Shown here: positions 54,186-64,000 of the stretch, piece after piece | Numbering within the stretch: the stretch's first letter is position 1 | Layout of the letters: the number at the start of each line of letters is the position of its first letter | Assembly: GCA_965221535.1 (NCBI GenBank) | Contig: OZ244894.1 | Location: forward strand, 2,609,059-2,673,058 | DNA: 64,000 nt | Direction: 5' to 3' | Source: Longimicrobiales bacterium | GTDB lineage: Bacteria; Gemmatimonadota; Gemmatimonadetes; Longimicrobiales; Gaopeijiaceae | Position numbers and translations under genes: made by a program | The notes under the pieces: generated by a model | Seen by the model: the letters and a program-made list of their open reading frames with translations, nothing else | Databases searched by the model: none | What the model was told of the DNA's origin: nothing

Positions 54186-55751
54186 TTACTCGACGGGCAC
54201 TTGCGGCCCCGATCCGCCACCCCCCCGCCGCCGCTCGGCCGCCCACCTCGCCAGGCGCCGGTACGCCTCGCCCAGCCCCCACGCCACGGCCACCACGATC
54301 AGCAGCAGCGCCGCCCACCGTAGCGCAGCCGCCCCGAAGGCCGCGTCGAGCGCCGGGCGCTGGATGTTGTAGGCGGTCAGCACGGTCCAGCGCTCGGCCA
54401 TCCAGTGCCAGCTCGCGTGGGCCACGAGCGCCGAGATCAGCACCGCGCCGGCGCGCGCCGGGACGGCCTTGGCGAAGAGCAGCGCCAGCCCCGGAACCAT
54501 GATCAGGAGCGCGAAGAGCTGGCCGAACTCGACGCCCAGGTTGAAGCCGAGCAGCGAGGTGAAGAGGTGCGAGCCCGCGAACTGGAGCGACTCGCGCAGC
54601 TGGAACGAGAAGCCGAAGCCGTGCACGAGGCCGAAGCCGAAGGCCCATATCCAGCGGCGGGAGTGGCCGACGGGCGCGCTTGCGGGGCCGGCGGCCGAGG
54701 GGGGGCCATCGCCGCGGCCGGCCCCCTGCGCCGGGCCCGCTGACGCGGCGCCCGCGCTGCGCCAGATGTTTTCGAGCGCCATGAACACGATCGACGCCGC
54801 GATGAGCGTCTCGATCAGCGGGGGGAACCAGAGCGCGTTGGGGGCGATGCCGAGCACCGAGGCGCCCAGCGTGATCGAGTGGGCCGCGGTGAAGGCCGTC
54901 ACGACGGACACGAGGGGCCAGAAGCGCCGCAGCGGGATCACCAGGCAGAGCAGGAAGAGAAGGTGATCGATGCCGTCCAGGATGTGGGCGAACCCCAGCG
55001 CCACGAAGCGCAGGAACGCCTGGTGCCAGCGGGGGTCGAGGCGCACGCGCCCGGGGTTGCCCGCGTACTGGTAGACGCGTTCGGCGCCCTCGGGCGTGAC
55101 GAAGCGCAGCACGGTCGTGGTGCGGAGCCCCAGGTGGGCCCACTGGGGATCGATCGAGAAGCGCGAATCGGCGGACCGGACGGGGGTCTCGAGCACCACG
55201 TCGAGCATGGCCTGCTCCAGCACCAGGTCGATGCCGGAGGGAAGCGGGGGATCGCCGACGCGGGCGAGCGCGCGGTCGTAGTCGGCGAACGAGGGGTCGG
55301 AGGGCAGCGCGATGCGCGTCGCCGCGACGGTGGGGGCGGGCAGCGGCGTCCCGTCTTCGAAGAGCGCCACGTAGCCCGCGATCCAGATGGTGGCCTGGTC
55401 GGCCAGCAGCGCGCTCGCCTCGTCGATCTCGACGTAGCCGGGGCCCCGGACCGGGAAGTCCACGTCGCGCATAGAGACCAGGGGGACGCGCACGACGAGG
55501 CGCAGCGTGCCGCCTTCGGCCTTGACGAAGGCGCGCACGACCACGTCGGCGGGGATTTCGTGGGGGGGCGCGGGGCGCGGGGCCGCCGGGCGCGGGGGCA
55601 CGGGGGCGCGGGGCGCGGGGCCGCCGGGCGCGGGGGGCGGGGCGGGCCGCGAGGCGCCGGGCGCCACCTCGGCGGCCACCGTGGGGGCGCTCGCCACGGT
55701 GGTCATCCCCACGAGCAGCGCGATCAGGCGCGGCGTTCCGCAACGGTTCAT
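54186..55751 (-). CDS. HupE/UreJ_2-family membrane protein with N-terminal secreted domain and Pro-rich linker
   Basis: C-terminal 521 aa of ORF 54186..57437. ATG 55751 gives [45 protein letters not shown] and LVHGFGFS motifs; six TMs. Confidence 0.7.
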   Translation of the reverse strand: MNRCGTPRLIALLVGMTTVASAPTVAAEVAPGASRPAPPPAPGGPAPRAPVPPRPAAPRPAPPHEIPADVVVRAFVKAEGGTLRLVVRVPLVSMRDVDFPVRGPGYVEIDEASALLADQATIWIAGYVALFEDGTPLPAPTVAATRIALPSDPSFADYDRALARVGDPPLPSGIDLVLEQAMLDVVLETPVRSADSRFSIDPQWAHLGLRTTTVLRFVTPEGAERVYQYAGNPGRVRLDPRWHQAFLRFVALGFAHILDGIDHLLFLLCLVIPLRRFWPLVSVVTAFTAAHSITLGASVLGIAPNALWFPPLIETLIAASIVFMALENIWRSAGAASAGPAQGAGRGDGPPSAAGPASAPVGHSRRWIWAFGFGLVHGFGFSFQLRESLQFAGSHLFTSLLGFNLGVEFGQLFALLIMVPGLALLFAKAVPARAGAVLISALVAHASWHWMAERWTVLTAYNIQRPALDAAFGAAALRWAALLLIVVAVAWGLGEAYRRLARWAAERRRGGGGSGPQVPVE

Positions 55752-55895
55752 TGGGCGTCTCGGACAAGGGTCGCTCTGCCCGGCGGAGCCGGGAACCACA
55801 ACAACGGTCGAACGGGAAGCGTTGGCTGACAAGCGACCGATGCCGTACTTTGCACGCTTCCACAATTCTCCGCCCCACCCAAGGGAGACTCTGCA

Positions 55896-57071
55896 ATGAA
55901 GCGCAAGCTGCTTTTCGTTGCCGCCATGGTCGTTGCCGTGGCCGTCGCGTGCGTGGCACAGGACAGTGCCGAACAGACCGCGGCGTCGGACGGCGTGATG
56001 GCCCCGATGTTCGAGGTCGATCCGTTCTGGCCCAAGCCGCTGCCCGACCACATGGTGCTCGGCTCGGCCATCGGGGTCGGCGTGGATTCGCGCGACCACG
56101 TGTTCATCGTGCACCGGGGGAACCTGACCGAACGCACCGAGGGCGGGGCGGACGCGGATCCGCCGATCGGCGAGTGCTGCCGGGCCGCGCCGCCGGTGCT
56201 GGAGTTCGACCCCGAGGGGAACCTGGTCAATTCGTGGGGCGGGCCGTCGGACGACTACGTGTGGCCGGCGTCGAACCACGGGCTCACGGTCGACCACATG
56301 GACAACATCTGGATCGGCGGGAACGGGCCGAACGACACGCACGTGCTGAAGTTCTCGCGCGACGGCCAGTTCCTGGCGTCGTACGGGGAGCCCGAGGCGG
56401 GCGAGGTCGACAGCCGCAGCACCACGCGCTTCAACCGGGTCGCCAAGCTGGCGTTCGACGCCGAGGCCAACGAGGCCTACCTGGCCGACGGGTACGGGGG
56501 GCGCCGGGTTGCGGTGCTGGACGCCTCGACCGGCGAGTTCAAGCGCTACTGGGGCGCCTACGGCAACGAGCCCGACGACGCCCGGACGCCGCCCTACGAC
56601 CCCGACGCGCCGCTGATCCAGCAGTTCCGCACGCCCGTGCACTGCGCCGACCCGTCGCGGGACGGGCACGTGTACGTGTGCGACCGGCCCAACAACCGCG
56701 TCCAGGTCTTCACCACCGACGGCACGTTCGTCGACGAGGTGCAGCTTGCGCCCCGCACGCTGGGCGACGGCTCGACGTGGGACGTGGCCTTCTCGCGCGA
56801 CCCGGAGCAGAAGTACATGTACGTGGCCGACGGGAAGAACATGCGGGTGTACGTGCTGGACCGGCTGAACCTGGAGGTCCTGACGAGCTTCGGGGACGGG
56901 GGGCGGCAGCCGGGGCTGTTCTTCGCGGTCCACTCGATCGCCACCGACTCGCAGGGCAACATCTTCACGACCGAGACCTACGAGGGGAAGCGCGTCCAGA
57001 AGTTCGTCTACAAGGGGCTGGGCCCGGTGACGGCGGAGCATCAGGGGGCGCCGTGGCCGACGGGAGGCTGA
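55896..57071 (+). CDS. NHL-repeat six-bladed beta-propeller secreted protein
   Basis: ORF 55896..57071. AAGGGAG, 8-nt spacer, then [28 protein letters not shown]-like repeats ([28 protein letters not shown]). Confidence 0.8.
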   Translation: MKRKLLFVAAMVVAVAVACVAQDSAEQTAASDGVMAPMFEVDPFWPKPLPDHMVLGSAIGVGVDSRDHVFIVHRGNLTERTEGGADADPPIGECCRAAPPVLEFDPEGNLVNSWGGPSDDYVWPASNHGLTVDHMDNIWIGGNGPNDTHVLKFSRDGQFLASYGEPEAGEVDSRSTTRFNRVAKLAFDAEANEAYLADGYGGRRVAVLDASTGEFKRYWGAYGNEPDDARTPPYDPDAPLIQQFRTPVHCADPSRDGHVYVCDRPNNRVQVFTTDGTFVDEVQLAPRTLGDGSTWDVAFSRDPEQKYMYVADGKNMRVYVLDRLNLEVLTSFGDGGRQPGLFFAVHSIATDSQGNIFTTETYEGKRVQKFVYKGLGPVTAEHQGAPWPTGG

Positions 57072-57153
57072 CGCGCCGCGAGCGCGGGGCTCACGCGGCG
57101 GCAGACTAGGCGCCGACAACAACCGACACACCAGCGACAGGAGCGGTGACACC

Positions 57154-57900
57154 ATGAAGACCATGCCAGCGAAGACCATGCGGGCCAGGACCATGACACA
57201 CAAAACCTTTCCCCTTGCAGCCTGCGCCCTGCTTTTCGGCGCGCTCTTCGCAGGCGGCTGTGCCGCGGACGGCGGCGGGGCCGAGGCGGCAGCGGGCGGA
57301 GACGGGGGCGGCGAGCAGGCCCCGATGACGTTCTTCATCACCAGCGCGGGGTCGGGCGACGGCGCAAACCTGGGCGGCATCGAGGGCGCCGACGCGCACT
57401 GCGAGACGCTGGCGTCGGCCGTGGGGGCCGGCGGCATGGGCTGGCGGGCCTACCTGAGCACCATCGACGAAGACGGCGGCGCGGCGGTGCACGCCCGCGA
57501 CCGGATCGGCATGGGGCCCTGGCACAACCAGGCCGGGGCGCTTATCGCCAGCAGCGTCGAAGAGCTGCACTCCGAGGCGGCCAACCTGACGAAGGAGTCG
57601 ATCCTGACCGAGAACGGCGACATGGTGAACGGGCGCGGCGACGACCCCAACATGCACGACATCCTGACCGGCTCGAACATGGACGGCACCGCGTTCATGG
57701 GCGACGGATACGACAACTGCGGCAACTGGACCAGCAACGCCGAGGACGGCAGCACGGCGGTGGGCCACCACGACCGGATCGGCGGCGGCCAGAACCCGAC
57801 CTCGTGGAACTCGGCGCACACGTCGCGCGGGTGCAGCCAGGAGAACCTGCAGGGCACCGGCGGCAACGGCTTCTACTACTGCTTCGCGGCGGGCACCTGA
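57154..57900 (+). CDS. Hypothetical lipoprotein (Cys-rich C-terminal domain, DUF1554-like)
   Basis: ORF 57154..57900, alternative start ATG 57193 (MTHKTFPLAACALLFGALFAGGC). Its stop overlaps the next gene start (TGATG). Confidence 0.6.
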   Translation: MKTMPAKTMRARTMTHKTFPLAACALLFGALFAGGCAADGGGAEAAAGGDGGGEQAPMTFFITSAGSGDGANLGGIEGADAHCETLASAVGAGGMGWRAYLSTIDEDGGAAVHARDRIGMGPWHNQAGALIASSVEELHSEAANLTKESILTENGDMVNGRGDDPNMHDILTGSNMDGTAFMGDGYDNCGNWTSNAEDGSTAVGHHDRIGGGQNPTSWNSAHTSRGCSQENLQGTGGNGFYYCFAAGT

Positions 57901-58805
57901 TGCGCGGGGCGCCAAGGGCGACGCTGCCGGCCGCGCTCGCGCTCGTCGCGGGGCTCGGGGGGTGCGCGGGCCAGGAGGCCGGGGACATGGGAGCCGGCGG
58001 GGGTGGCGGGGCCGGGGCGGCTGACGGGGTCGCCGGCGGGGGCGGTGCAGCCGCCGAGGCCGGCGCGACGGGCGAGGTCAACACCGTCTTCATCGAGGAG
58101 ATGACCTGGACCGAGATCCAGGCGGCCATCGACGCGGGCACGACCACCGTGATTCTGCCCACCGCCGGGACGGAGCAGAACGGGCCCCACATGGTGATGG
58201 GCAAGCACCGCTACATCGTGGAGGAGGCCAGCGACCGGATCGCGCGCGCGCTCGGCAACGCCCTGGTCGCGCCCGCCGTGACCTATGTGCCGGAGGGGAA
58301 CGTCGATCCGCCCTCGGGACACATGCGATACGCCGGGACGATCACGCTGCCGAACGAATACTTCATGAAGCTGGTGGAGTACGCCGCTCGCAGTTTCCGC
58401 GCGCACGGCTTCACCGACATCGTGTTCATCGGCGACAGCGGCGGGAATCAAGGGGGCATGGAGGCCGTTGCGGCGCAGTTGAACGCAGAGTGGGGCGGCG
58501 ACGGCGCAACCGTGCACTTCGTCGGCGACTACTACGCGAACAACGGCTTCCGCGACTGGCTCGTCGAGCAGGGCGAAACCGACGAGACGATCGGGCGCCA
58601 CGCGGGCATCTCGGACACGTCGATCCTGCTCTACACCGACCCGCAGCACATACGGCGGGATCAGCTGGCGCCCGGCGGCGGCTTCGAGGGCAGCGGCGTG
58701 TCGGGCGATCCCACGCGGGCCTCGGCCGAGTACGGCCGCGTCGGCATGGAGATGCGGGTGGACGCGGCCGTGCGGCAGATCCGCGCGGCGACGGGCTCGA
58801 TGTAG
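57900..58805 (+). CDS. Creatininase-family (creatinine amidohydrolase-like) protein, lipoprotein
   Basis: Sub-range of ORF 57804..58805. ATG 57900 gives MRGAPRATLPAALALVAGLGGCAG. Creatininase fold (…ILPTAGTEQNGPHMVMGKH…FIGDSGGNQ…). Confidence 0.75.
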   Translation: MRGAPRATLPAALALVAGLGGCAGQEAGDMGAGGGGGAGAADGVAGGGGAAAEAGATGEVNTVFIEEMTWTEIQAAIDAGTTTVILPTAGTEQNGPHMVMGKHRYIVEEASDRIARALGNALVAPAVTYVPEGNVDPPSGHMRYAGTITLPNEYFMKLVEYAARSFRAHGFTDIVFIGDSGGNQGGMEAVAAQLNAEWGGDGATVHFVGDYYANNGFRDWLVEQGETDETIGRHAGISDTSILLYTDPQHIRRDQLAPGGGFEGSGVSGDPTRASAEYGRVGMEMRVDAAVRQIRAATGSM

Positions 58806-58811
58806 CCGGGC

Positions 58812-59645
58812 TTGCTCTGGCAGCCGGTGGCAAGGGTGCGCGCGGCAGTGGGGCGGTGCGGGTGGCGGTGCGGGTGCGCCGCGAGGGTCGCCTTGGCTGC
58901 CCTGCTCGCGCTCGCCCCCGCGGCCGCCGCCCAGGACACGGTTCCGCCCACGCCGACCTTCACCCTGGCTGGCCAGATCGTCGACGGCCTGAACGACCAG
59001 CCCGTCATCTCGGCGGTGGTCAAGGTTCCCGAGCTGCGGCGCTACGCGTTCTCCGACGTGAACGGGCGCTTCCGCTTCGCCGACTTTCCCGAAGGAACCT
59101 GGGAGATCGTGGTCGAGATGCTGGGATACCACGCGCTCGAGGGCTCGATCGCCGTTTCCGAGGGCAACGGCCTGCTGCTGCGACTGAACCCCGACCCGGT
59201 CGCGCTCGAGGAACTGGAGGTGCGCACGCGGTCCGCCGGGCTGCTCGATCGCCGCAGGCGCCGCTACCCGTTCCGCGTGACCACGATTTCGCCCCAGGCG
59301 ATCGCCGAGGCCATCAATCCCGACCCGGCCGCGATCTTCCGTCGGAACGCGAACTCGTTCGTGACGTCGTGCATCGACCAGTCCGGCTTCCTTACGCTGG
59401 GGGCCTGCTACTACAGGCGGGCCCGCAAGACGCGGGTCACCGTCTACCTGGACGAGGGCGAGCTGCTGGGCGGCATGTCCGAGCTGTCCATGTATCCGGC
59501 GCGCGACATCCACTCGATGGACTGGCTCAAGGACATCGGCGAGCTCCGCGTGTACACGCACTGGTTCATCGAGCGCCTCGACAACTCGCGATCGCGGCTG
59601 GCGCCGTTCAGGTGGCCGATCGGCGACGAGGATGGGTCGGAGTGA
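58812..59645 (+). CDS. Secreted carboxypeptidase-regulatory-like (CarboxypepD_reg) domain protein
   Basis: ORF 58812..59645. Signal peptide, then GQIVDG…VKVPELRRYAFSDVNGRFRFADFPEGTWEIVVEMLGYH. Confidence 0.6.
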   Translation: MLWQPVARVRAAVGRCGWRCGCAARVALAALLALAPAAAAQDTVPPTPTFTLAGQIVDGLNDQPVISAVVKVPELRRYAFSDVNGRFRFADFPEGTWEIVVEMLGYHALEGSIAVSEGNGLLLRLNPDPVALEELEVRTRSAGLLDRRRRRYPFRVTTISPQAIAEAINPDPAAIFRRNANSFVTSCIDQSGFLTLGACYYRRARKTRVTVYLDEGELLGGMSELSMYPARDIHSMDWLKDIGELRVYTHWFIERLDNSRSRLAPFRWPIGDEDGSE

Positions 59646-60834
59646 GTCGTCCGCGCGCTGCTGGCTGAGGCCGGCGCGGGTCGTTGCGGCGGCGGCCGTC
59701 GCAACCGGCGCGGCGTGCGCGCGAACGCTGCCCGACGCCGAGCAGGTCGGAGACCCGGTGCCCGGTCTGAGCTACCAGGCGCTGGCCCGCTTCGAAGCCG
59801 GGCGCGCTCTGTTCGACCGCGTCTTCTCGGTGGATGAAGGCACGGGGCCGCTCTTCAACGAGAACCAGTGCAGCGCCTGCCACACCTTCCCTGCGACCGG
59901 CGGGACGGGCGAGCAGCTCGTGATCAAGGCCACGCGGCGCCTTGAGGACGGGACCTGCGACATCCTGGCCAGCGAGGGCGGCGAGAATCTGCGGCGGCAG
60001 GCCACGCCCGCACTGGCACGGCTCGGCATCGAGCGCGACACGCTGCCCTCGGCCACCGCCGACATCGCCACGTTCGCGGTGCCGTTCCTGTTCGGGCTGG
60101 GCGCGGCCGATCTGGTCCCGGAGCAGGCGCTTCTGGACGCGGCCGACCCGGACGACCTGGACGGCGACGGCATCTCGGGACGGGTCGGGCGCACGCCCGA
60201 CGGGCGCGTGGGGCGCTTCGGGCGCAAGGCCGACGTGGCCACGCTGCACGACTTCACCCACCTCGCGCTCTTCAACGAGATGGGGATCACCACCACCGTG
60301 CACGGCAGCGAGCGCGGCCCGAACGGGGCGCCGCTCCCCGACGGCGTCGACCCCGCCCCCGACCCCGAGCTCGGCGACGACTCCGCCAACCTCATCACCG
60401 ATTTCGTGCGGATGCTCGCCCCCCCGCCCCGCCCCGCCCCCGACCCCGACGCGGCTGCCGCGATCGCGCATGGCGAAGCGCTCTTCGCGGCCACCGGCTG
60501 CGCGGCCTGCCACACGCCCCACGTCACCACCGGCCCTTCCCGGCTCGCGCCGCTCGACCGCGTGCGCGCGCCCCTGTACTCGGACCTGCTCCTCCACGAC
60601 CTCGGCCCGGCCATGGCCAGCACCTGCGCGCCCGGCGCGACCGAGAGCGAGTACCGCACGGCGCCGCTCCTGGGCCTGGGGGCGCGCCGGTCCTACCTGC
60701 ACGACCTGCGGGCCTTCAGCCTGGAACGCGCGGTCGAGTGGCACGGCGGCGAAGGCGAATCGGCGCGCCGCGCCTTCGAGGCGCTGCCCATCGCCGACCG
60801 GCAGGCGCTGCTCCGCTTCCTGAGATCGCTGTAG
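59632..60834 (+). CDS. DUF1111-family di-haem cytochrome c (putative thiol oxidoreductase/peroxidase)
   Basis: ORF 59632..60834. Two CxxCH motifs (CSACH, CAACH). Secretion signal. Confidence 0.75.
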   Translation: MGRSESSARCWLRPARVVAAAAVATGAACARTLPDAEQVGDPVPGLSYQALARFEAGRALFDRVFSVDEGTGPLFNENQCSACHTFPATGGTGEQLVIKATRRLEDGTCDILASEGGENLRRQATPALARLGIERDTLPSATADIATFAVPFLFGLGAADLVPEQALLDAADPDDLDGDGISGRVGRTPDGRVGRFGRKADVATLHDFTHLALFNEMGITTTVHGSERGPNGAPLPDGVDPAPDPELGDDSANLITDFVRMLAPPPRPAPDPDAAAAIAHGEALFAATGCAACHTPHVTTGPSRLAPLDRVRAPLYSDLLLHDLGPAMASTCAPGATESEYRTAPLLGLGARRSYLHDLRAFSLERAVEWHGGEGESARRAFEALPIADRQALLRFLRSL

Positions 60835-60882
60835 CCCCGCGCTGCAGCGCCCGCGCCGCGGCAGCACCGATGCTGCAGCCCG

Positions 60883-62145
60883 CTACGACTCCTTGCGGAA
60901 CAGACGGTCCGTCAGAATCGCCACCAGCGGCACGCCCACGGCGATCGTCGCCAGTCCCACGCCCTCCATCACGCCCGCGTCTTCGCGCTGTCCCGCAATG
61001 CCCAGCGCGTAGCCCGGGATCAGCGTCACCGCGGCGCCGATCAGCGCCGGGCCCAGCGAGCCGCGAGAGCGATCGGTCTCGCCGGCGAAGCGCGCCCCCA
61101 GGGCCGACCCCAGGGCGGGCAGGCCCACGGCCACGGCGGCGGCCGCCATGGTGGTCGTGGCGCCGCAATCGGTAATCACGGCGTCGTTGTCCGCCCCCCG
61201 AAAGCCGATGCACCGGCTCGCGACCGCAATGCCCGCGGCCAGCCCGAGCGCATTGCCCGCCGCCGACCCGAGGAACACCCTGCCGGTCCGGTGCGGCGCG
61301 GCCTCGAGCGACCAGTCGTGGCGCCCGGGTCCCCGCAGCTCCGAGTTCGGGGCGTCGTCCGGGTTCCGCCCGGACCGCCTGGTTTCGATGATCAGCGCGC
61401 CCCACATCGATCCGCTGCCGAAGCGGGCGCCGGCTTCGGACGGCTGCACCACTTCGACGCTCTCGATCGCCTCGATCGGCAGCGTGGCGTAGAGGTTGGC
61501 CGGGTTCGGCACGAGCACGCCGTCCAGGTAGACCTCGGGCGAGTTGCAACCCGGGTCGCTGCTCCCCAGCCCGCGGATGAAGTTTCCGGCGCGCGCGCCC
61601 CTGAACTCGAGGCAGGTCGGCTGCCCCACCACGCCGCTCCGCGTGATCTGCACCCCGGGGACCCGGGCGCTCAGGAGCTCGACCAGGCTCATCGCCGTGT
61701 TCTCGTATCTGCGGATCACGTCGCGCGAAATGCGGTTCAGCTGGCGGCCCTCGCCGCGCCGCTCCCGCTCCGCCCGGCTCATGGCCTCGACCACCAGCGG
61801 CGCCAGCCGGATCCCCTCCGGCGTCATCTGGACTGTGAGGCGCAGGGGTGCGGCGCCCACCTCGAGCTCGCGCCGGTGCGCTCCGTAGGCCACGTGCCGC
61901 ACCGCCAGCACCCAGTCGCCTTCGGGCACGGCGTTGAACTGGAAGAAGCCGCGCGCATCGGTGACGCGCTCGCCGACGCCGTCGATGGTCACCTGGACGT
62001 CGGCGACCGGCGCCCCGCTCGTGCGGTCCACCACCTGTCCGGCAACGGACGTGCCCTCCTGGGCTGCGGCTGCGCAAGGGACCGCCCAGGCGAGGATGGC
62101 CGCAAGAACGCCGGCCCGCGACAACCTCGGGCGACTGCACTTCAA
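60883..62145 (-). CDS. CarboxypepD_reg + TonB-plug domain protein lacking a beta-barrel, with C-terminal glycine-zipper TM segments
   Basis: Sub-range of ORF 60883..62598. GGAGG, 6-nt spacer, then TTG at 62145 gives M(L)KCSRPRLSRAGVLAAILAWAVPCAAAAQ. GQVVDRTSGAPVADVQVTI… is a CarboxypepD_reg motif, and …AMSLVELLSARVPGVQIT…GARFGSGSMWGALIIETRRSG is plug-like. The C-terminal approx. 130 aa are Gly/Ala-rich TMs. Confidence 0.6.
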   Translation of the reverse strand: MKCSRPRLSRAGVLAAILAWAVPCAAAAQEGTSVAGQVVDRTSGAPVADVQVTIDGVGERVTDARGFFQFNAVPEGDWVLAVRHVAYGAHRRELEVGAAPLRLTVQMTPEGIRLAPLVVEAMSRAERERRGEGRQLNRISRDVIRRYENTAMSLVELLSARVPGVQITRSGVVGQPTCLEFRGARAGNFIRGLGSSDPGCNSPEVYLDGVLVPNPANLYATLPIEAIESVEVVQPSEAGARFGSGSMWGALIIETRRSGRNPDDAPNSELRGPGRHDWSLEAAPHRTGRVFLGSAAGNALGLAAGIAVASRCIGFRGADNDAVITDCGATTTMAAAAVAVGLPALGSALGARFAGETDRSRGSLGPALIGAAVTLIPGYALGIAGQREDAGVMEGVGLATIAVGVPLVAILTDRLFRKES

Positions 62146-62323
62146 CGGGCACCTCCGGTGCTTGAGTGGGAGTCCGCCGACCGCCTGGCACGCAATGCTG
62201 GCGGAATGCTCGGCATTGCCTGTATGATGTGTGTTCCACAATAGCGGAGTGGGCGGTTGCGGCGCACCTCGCGCCCGCGCGTATACACTCCCGAGTCCAC
62301 CCCAGGGTCCATAGGAGGACGCC

Positions 62324-64000
62324 ATGGAACGAAGCACGCGTAGGAGACCACACCGCGGGGGAGGAGTCGCTGCTCTTGCGGCGCTCGCCCTCGCCCTCCC
62401 CGCCGCTCTCGACGCCCAGACCGGGTCGATTCGAGGAGAGGTGGTGGACGCAATCACGCAGAGGCCGGTCGTGGGCGCCCAGGTCGAGATCGTGGATTCT
62501 CGCCAGGGCGGCCTGACCAATACCGCGGGGCAGTACCTCATCCTCAACGTTCCGGTGGGCGAACACGAGGTGCGCATCCAGTTCATCGGCCTCGCCACCG
62601 TTTCCCAGACCGTGACGGTCGCAAGCGGCGAGACCGCCGTCGCGAACTTCGAGCTCGCCCAGGCGGCGCTTCAGCTCGACCAGATCGTGGTCACCGGAAC
62701 AGCGCGCGAGATGGAGGCGCGGTCCGTGGGGAACACGGTGTCGACGATCGACGCGGCCGAGATCGTGGAGCTCGCGCCGATCAGCACGGTGCAGCAGCTG
62801 CTCACCGCCCGCACCCCGGGGCTGACGCTCACCGCCAACTCCGGCCAGGCCGGATCCAGCTCCAAGCTGCGCATCCGGGGCGCCGGCTCGCTGGCCGCCG
62901 GACTCGAGCCCGTGGTGTACGTCGACGGCGTTCGCATGAAGTCCGGCACGCAGGGCGGGCTGGACGTGGGCTGGGGCGGCGCGCAGGGCACGGACGCCCT
63001 CGACTTCCTGAATCCGGCCGACATCGAGTCGATCGAGACGATCAAGGGACCCGCAGCCTCCACGCTCTACGGGGCCGACGCCGCCGGCGGCGTGATCCAG
63101 ATCATCACCAAGAAGGGCCGCGCCGGTTCCGGGCTGGTCTGGAACGCCTCGTTCGAGACCGGCTACAACGAGTGGGCGCTCGACACCCCGACGAACTACT
63201 GGCGGTGCACCGCGTCGAACATCTCCAATCCGAACATCTATCCGGGCTGTGCGGGCGTCGCCGAGAACACGGTGCTCACCGACGACCCGGTCAAGCGGCA
63301 CCCGCTGGCCCTGCGGCAGAACGAGGGCGGACCCGAGAGCTACGCCGACCTGAGCACGTTCAACCTTTCGGCCAGGGGCGGCGGCGAGGCGTTCAACTAC
63401 TACCTGTCGTTCGAGACGGGCGGCGAAGAGGGCGTCTACTACAACAACTTCCGCGACCGGACGTCGGGGCGCGCCAACTTCGGCTTCACGCCCACCGAGA
63501 GGTTCTCGGCCGCGGTCAACGTGGGGTACGTGCGCACCCACGTGCAGATGCCCTACGCGAACAACTCCTCGAATTCGATTCTGCGGAACGGCTTCAGGGG
63601 AAGGCCGGGCTCGTCGGCGCCGTGGGAAGAGGGATTCCGGGGCTTCGGACCCAACCTTTCCAACGAGTACGACAACCAGACCGAGGCCGAGCGCACGACC
63701 TTCGGCCTGACGGTCAACTACCAGCCGTGGGACTGGTTCACCAACCGCCTGACGCTGGGCATGGACAAGCAGGACCGGTACAACAGCGAGGTCTACAAGA
63801 TCGACACCACCGGCGCCCAGCCGTGGGGTCCGACCAACTCGGGCGGCCGCGTGCAGCGCGATCTGCCCGTCGAGCACTTCTGGACGCTCGACTACGCGGG
63901 CACGATGGGCGCCGACATCTCCGACGACCTGAACTCGTCGCTGTCCTTCGGGATGCAGCTCACGCGGGAGCAGTTCTCGTCGCACTATGTGGACGGACAG
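62324..64000 (+). CDS. SusC/RagA-like TonB-dependent outer-membrane transporter (partial, continues beyond window end)
   Basis: Not in the ORF track because there is no stop inside the window; translated by hand. AGGAGG at 62313-62318, 5-nt spacer, then ATG 62324. MERSTRRRPHRGGGVAALAALALALPAALDAQTGSIRGEVVD (CarboxypepD_reg), plug motifs (IESIETIKGPAASTLYGADAAGGVIQIITKKG). Confidence 0.8.
   Translation, partial: MERSTRRRPHRGGGVAALAALALALPAALDAQTGSIRGEVVDAITQRPVVGAQVEIVDSRQGGLTNTAGQYLILNVPVGEHEVRIQFIGLATVSQTVTVASGETAVANFELAQAALQLDQIVVTGTAREMEARSVGNTVSTIDAAEIVELAPISTVQQLLTARTPGLTLTANSGQAGSSSKLRIRGAGSLAAGLEPVVYVDGVRMKSGTQGGLDVGWGGAQGTDALDFLNPADIESIETIKGPAASTLYGADAAGGVIQIITKKGRAGSGLVWNASFETGYNEWALDTPTNYWRCTASNISNPNIYPGCAGVAENTVLTDDPVKRHPLALRQNEGGPESYADLSTFNLSARGGGEAFNYYLSFETGGEEGVYYNNFRDRTSGRANFGFTPTERFSAAVNVGYVRTHVQMPYANNSSNSILRNGFRGRPGSSAPWEEGFRGFGPNLSNEYDNQTEAERTTFGLTVNYQPWDWFTNRLTLGMDKQDRYNSEVYKIDTTGAQPWGPTNSGGRVQRDLPVEHFWTLDYAGTMGADISDDLNSSLSFGMQLTREQFSSHYVDGQ

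Noticed and set aside
60716-63985. 1089-aa minus-strand ORF
   Set aside because: Antisense of the SusC-like transporter gene (62324..>64000) and of the DUF1111 gene. The composition is Arg/Gly/Pro-rich with no domains.

Overview
This is a high-GC (about 70%) bacterial chromosomal segment, densely packed with genes on both strands, and many products carry signal-peptide or lipoprotein N-termini. Because GC is so high, most long ORFs in the six-frame track are antisense artefacts (R/G/A-rich 'giant' ORFs). I chose genes by protein-family recognisability, signal peptides, RBS motifs and translational coupling, and several real genes are sub-ranges of track ORFs. Two real genes are absent from the track because they run off the window ends: a TolB-like beta-propeller gene on the minus strand at 1..1089 and a SusC-like TonB-dependent transporter on the plus strand at 62324..>64000.

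Recognisable content, in order:
- a TolB-like secreted protein and beta-propeller lipoproteins;
- a RidA protein and three pyridoxal-phosphate (PLP) aminotransferases, one with a twin-arginine (Tat) export signal;
- a DapB-like reductase and a glutamine cyclotransferase;
- a tripartite RND efflux operon (outer-membrane factor, membrane-fusion protein, RND pump);
- a lipoprotein / TonB-dependent-receptor / rhodanese gene string;
- YbaK, cardiolipin synthase and an RsmC-like methyltransferase;
- a complete phosphate-uptake locus on the minus strand: OprP-like porin, pstS, phoU fused to a catalytically dead LMW-PTP-like domain, pstC, pstA and two pstB paralogues;
- flotillin plus NfeD;
- a PQQ-dependent dehydrogenase, an acyl-CoA synthetase and PanE;
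- an NRAMP transporter;
- a GltD-like oxidoreductase followed by korA and korB (2-oxoacid:ferredoxin oxidoreductase);
- an MBL-fold hydrolase and an AAA+/DUF4143 ATPase;
- a large BNR/Asp-box protein and two beta-lactamase-fold serine hydrolases;
- a HupE/UreJ-like membrane protein, an NHL-repeat protein and a creatininase-family protein;
- a DUF1111 di-haem cytochrome c;
- a protein with a TonB plug domain but no barrel.

The most notable result is an in-frame TGA at 1588-1590 that sits exactly at the catalytic Cys of the CxxC motif of a Spx/ArsC-family thioredoxin-fold protein, giving UxxC. The ATG-started N-terminal 13 codons, with a GGAGG RBS, and the 107 codons downstream together reconstitute a full 121-aa family member, so this is most likely a selenocysteine-containing Spx/ArsC-like protein. 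A candidate SECIS hairpin lies 17-33 nt downstream.

The second result is an AT-rich ~21-bp quasi-palindromic motif family (approximately TGTAAnGTCAACATTACATT on the plus strand). It occurs as tandem arrays of 1-4 copies that overlap the ATG start codons of four unrelated genes, which is striking in a 70% GC background and suggests an operator or other regulatory element.
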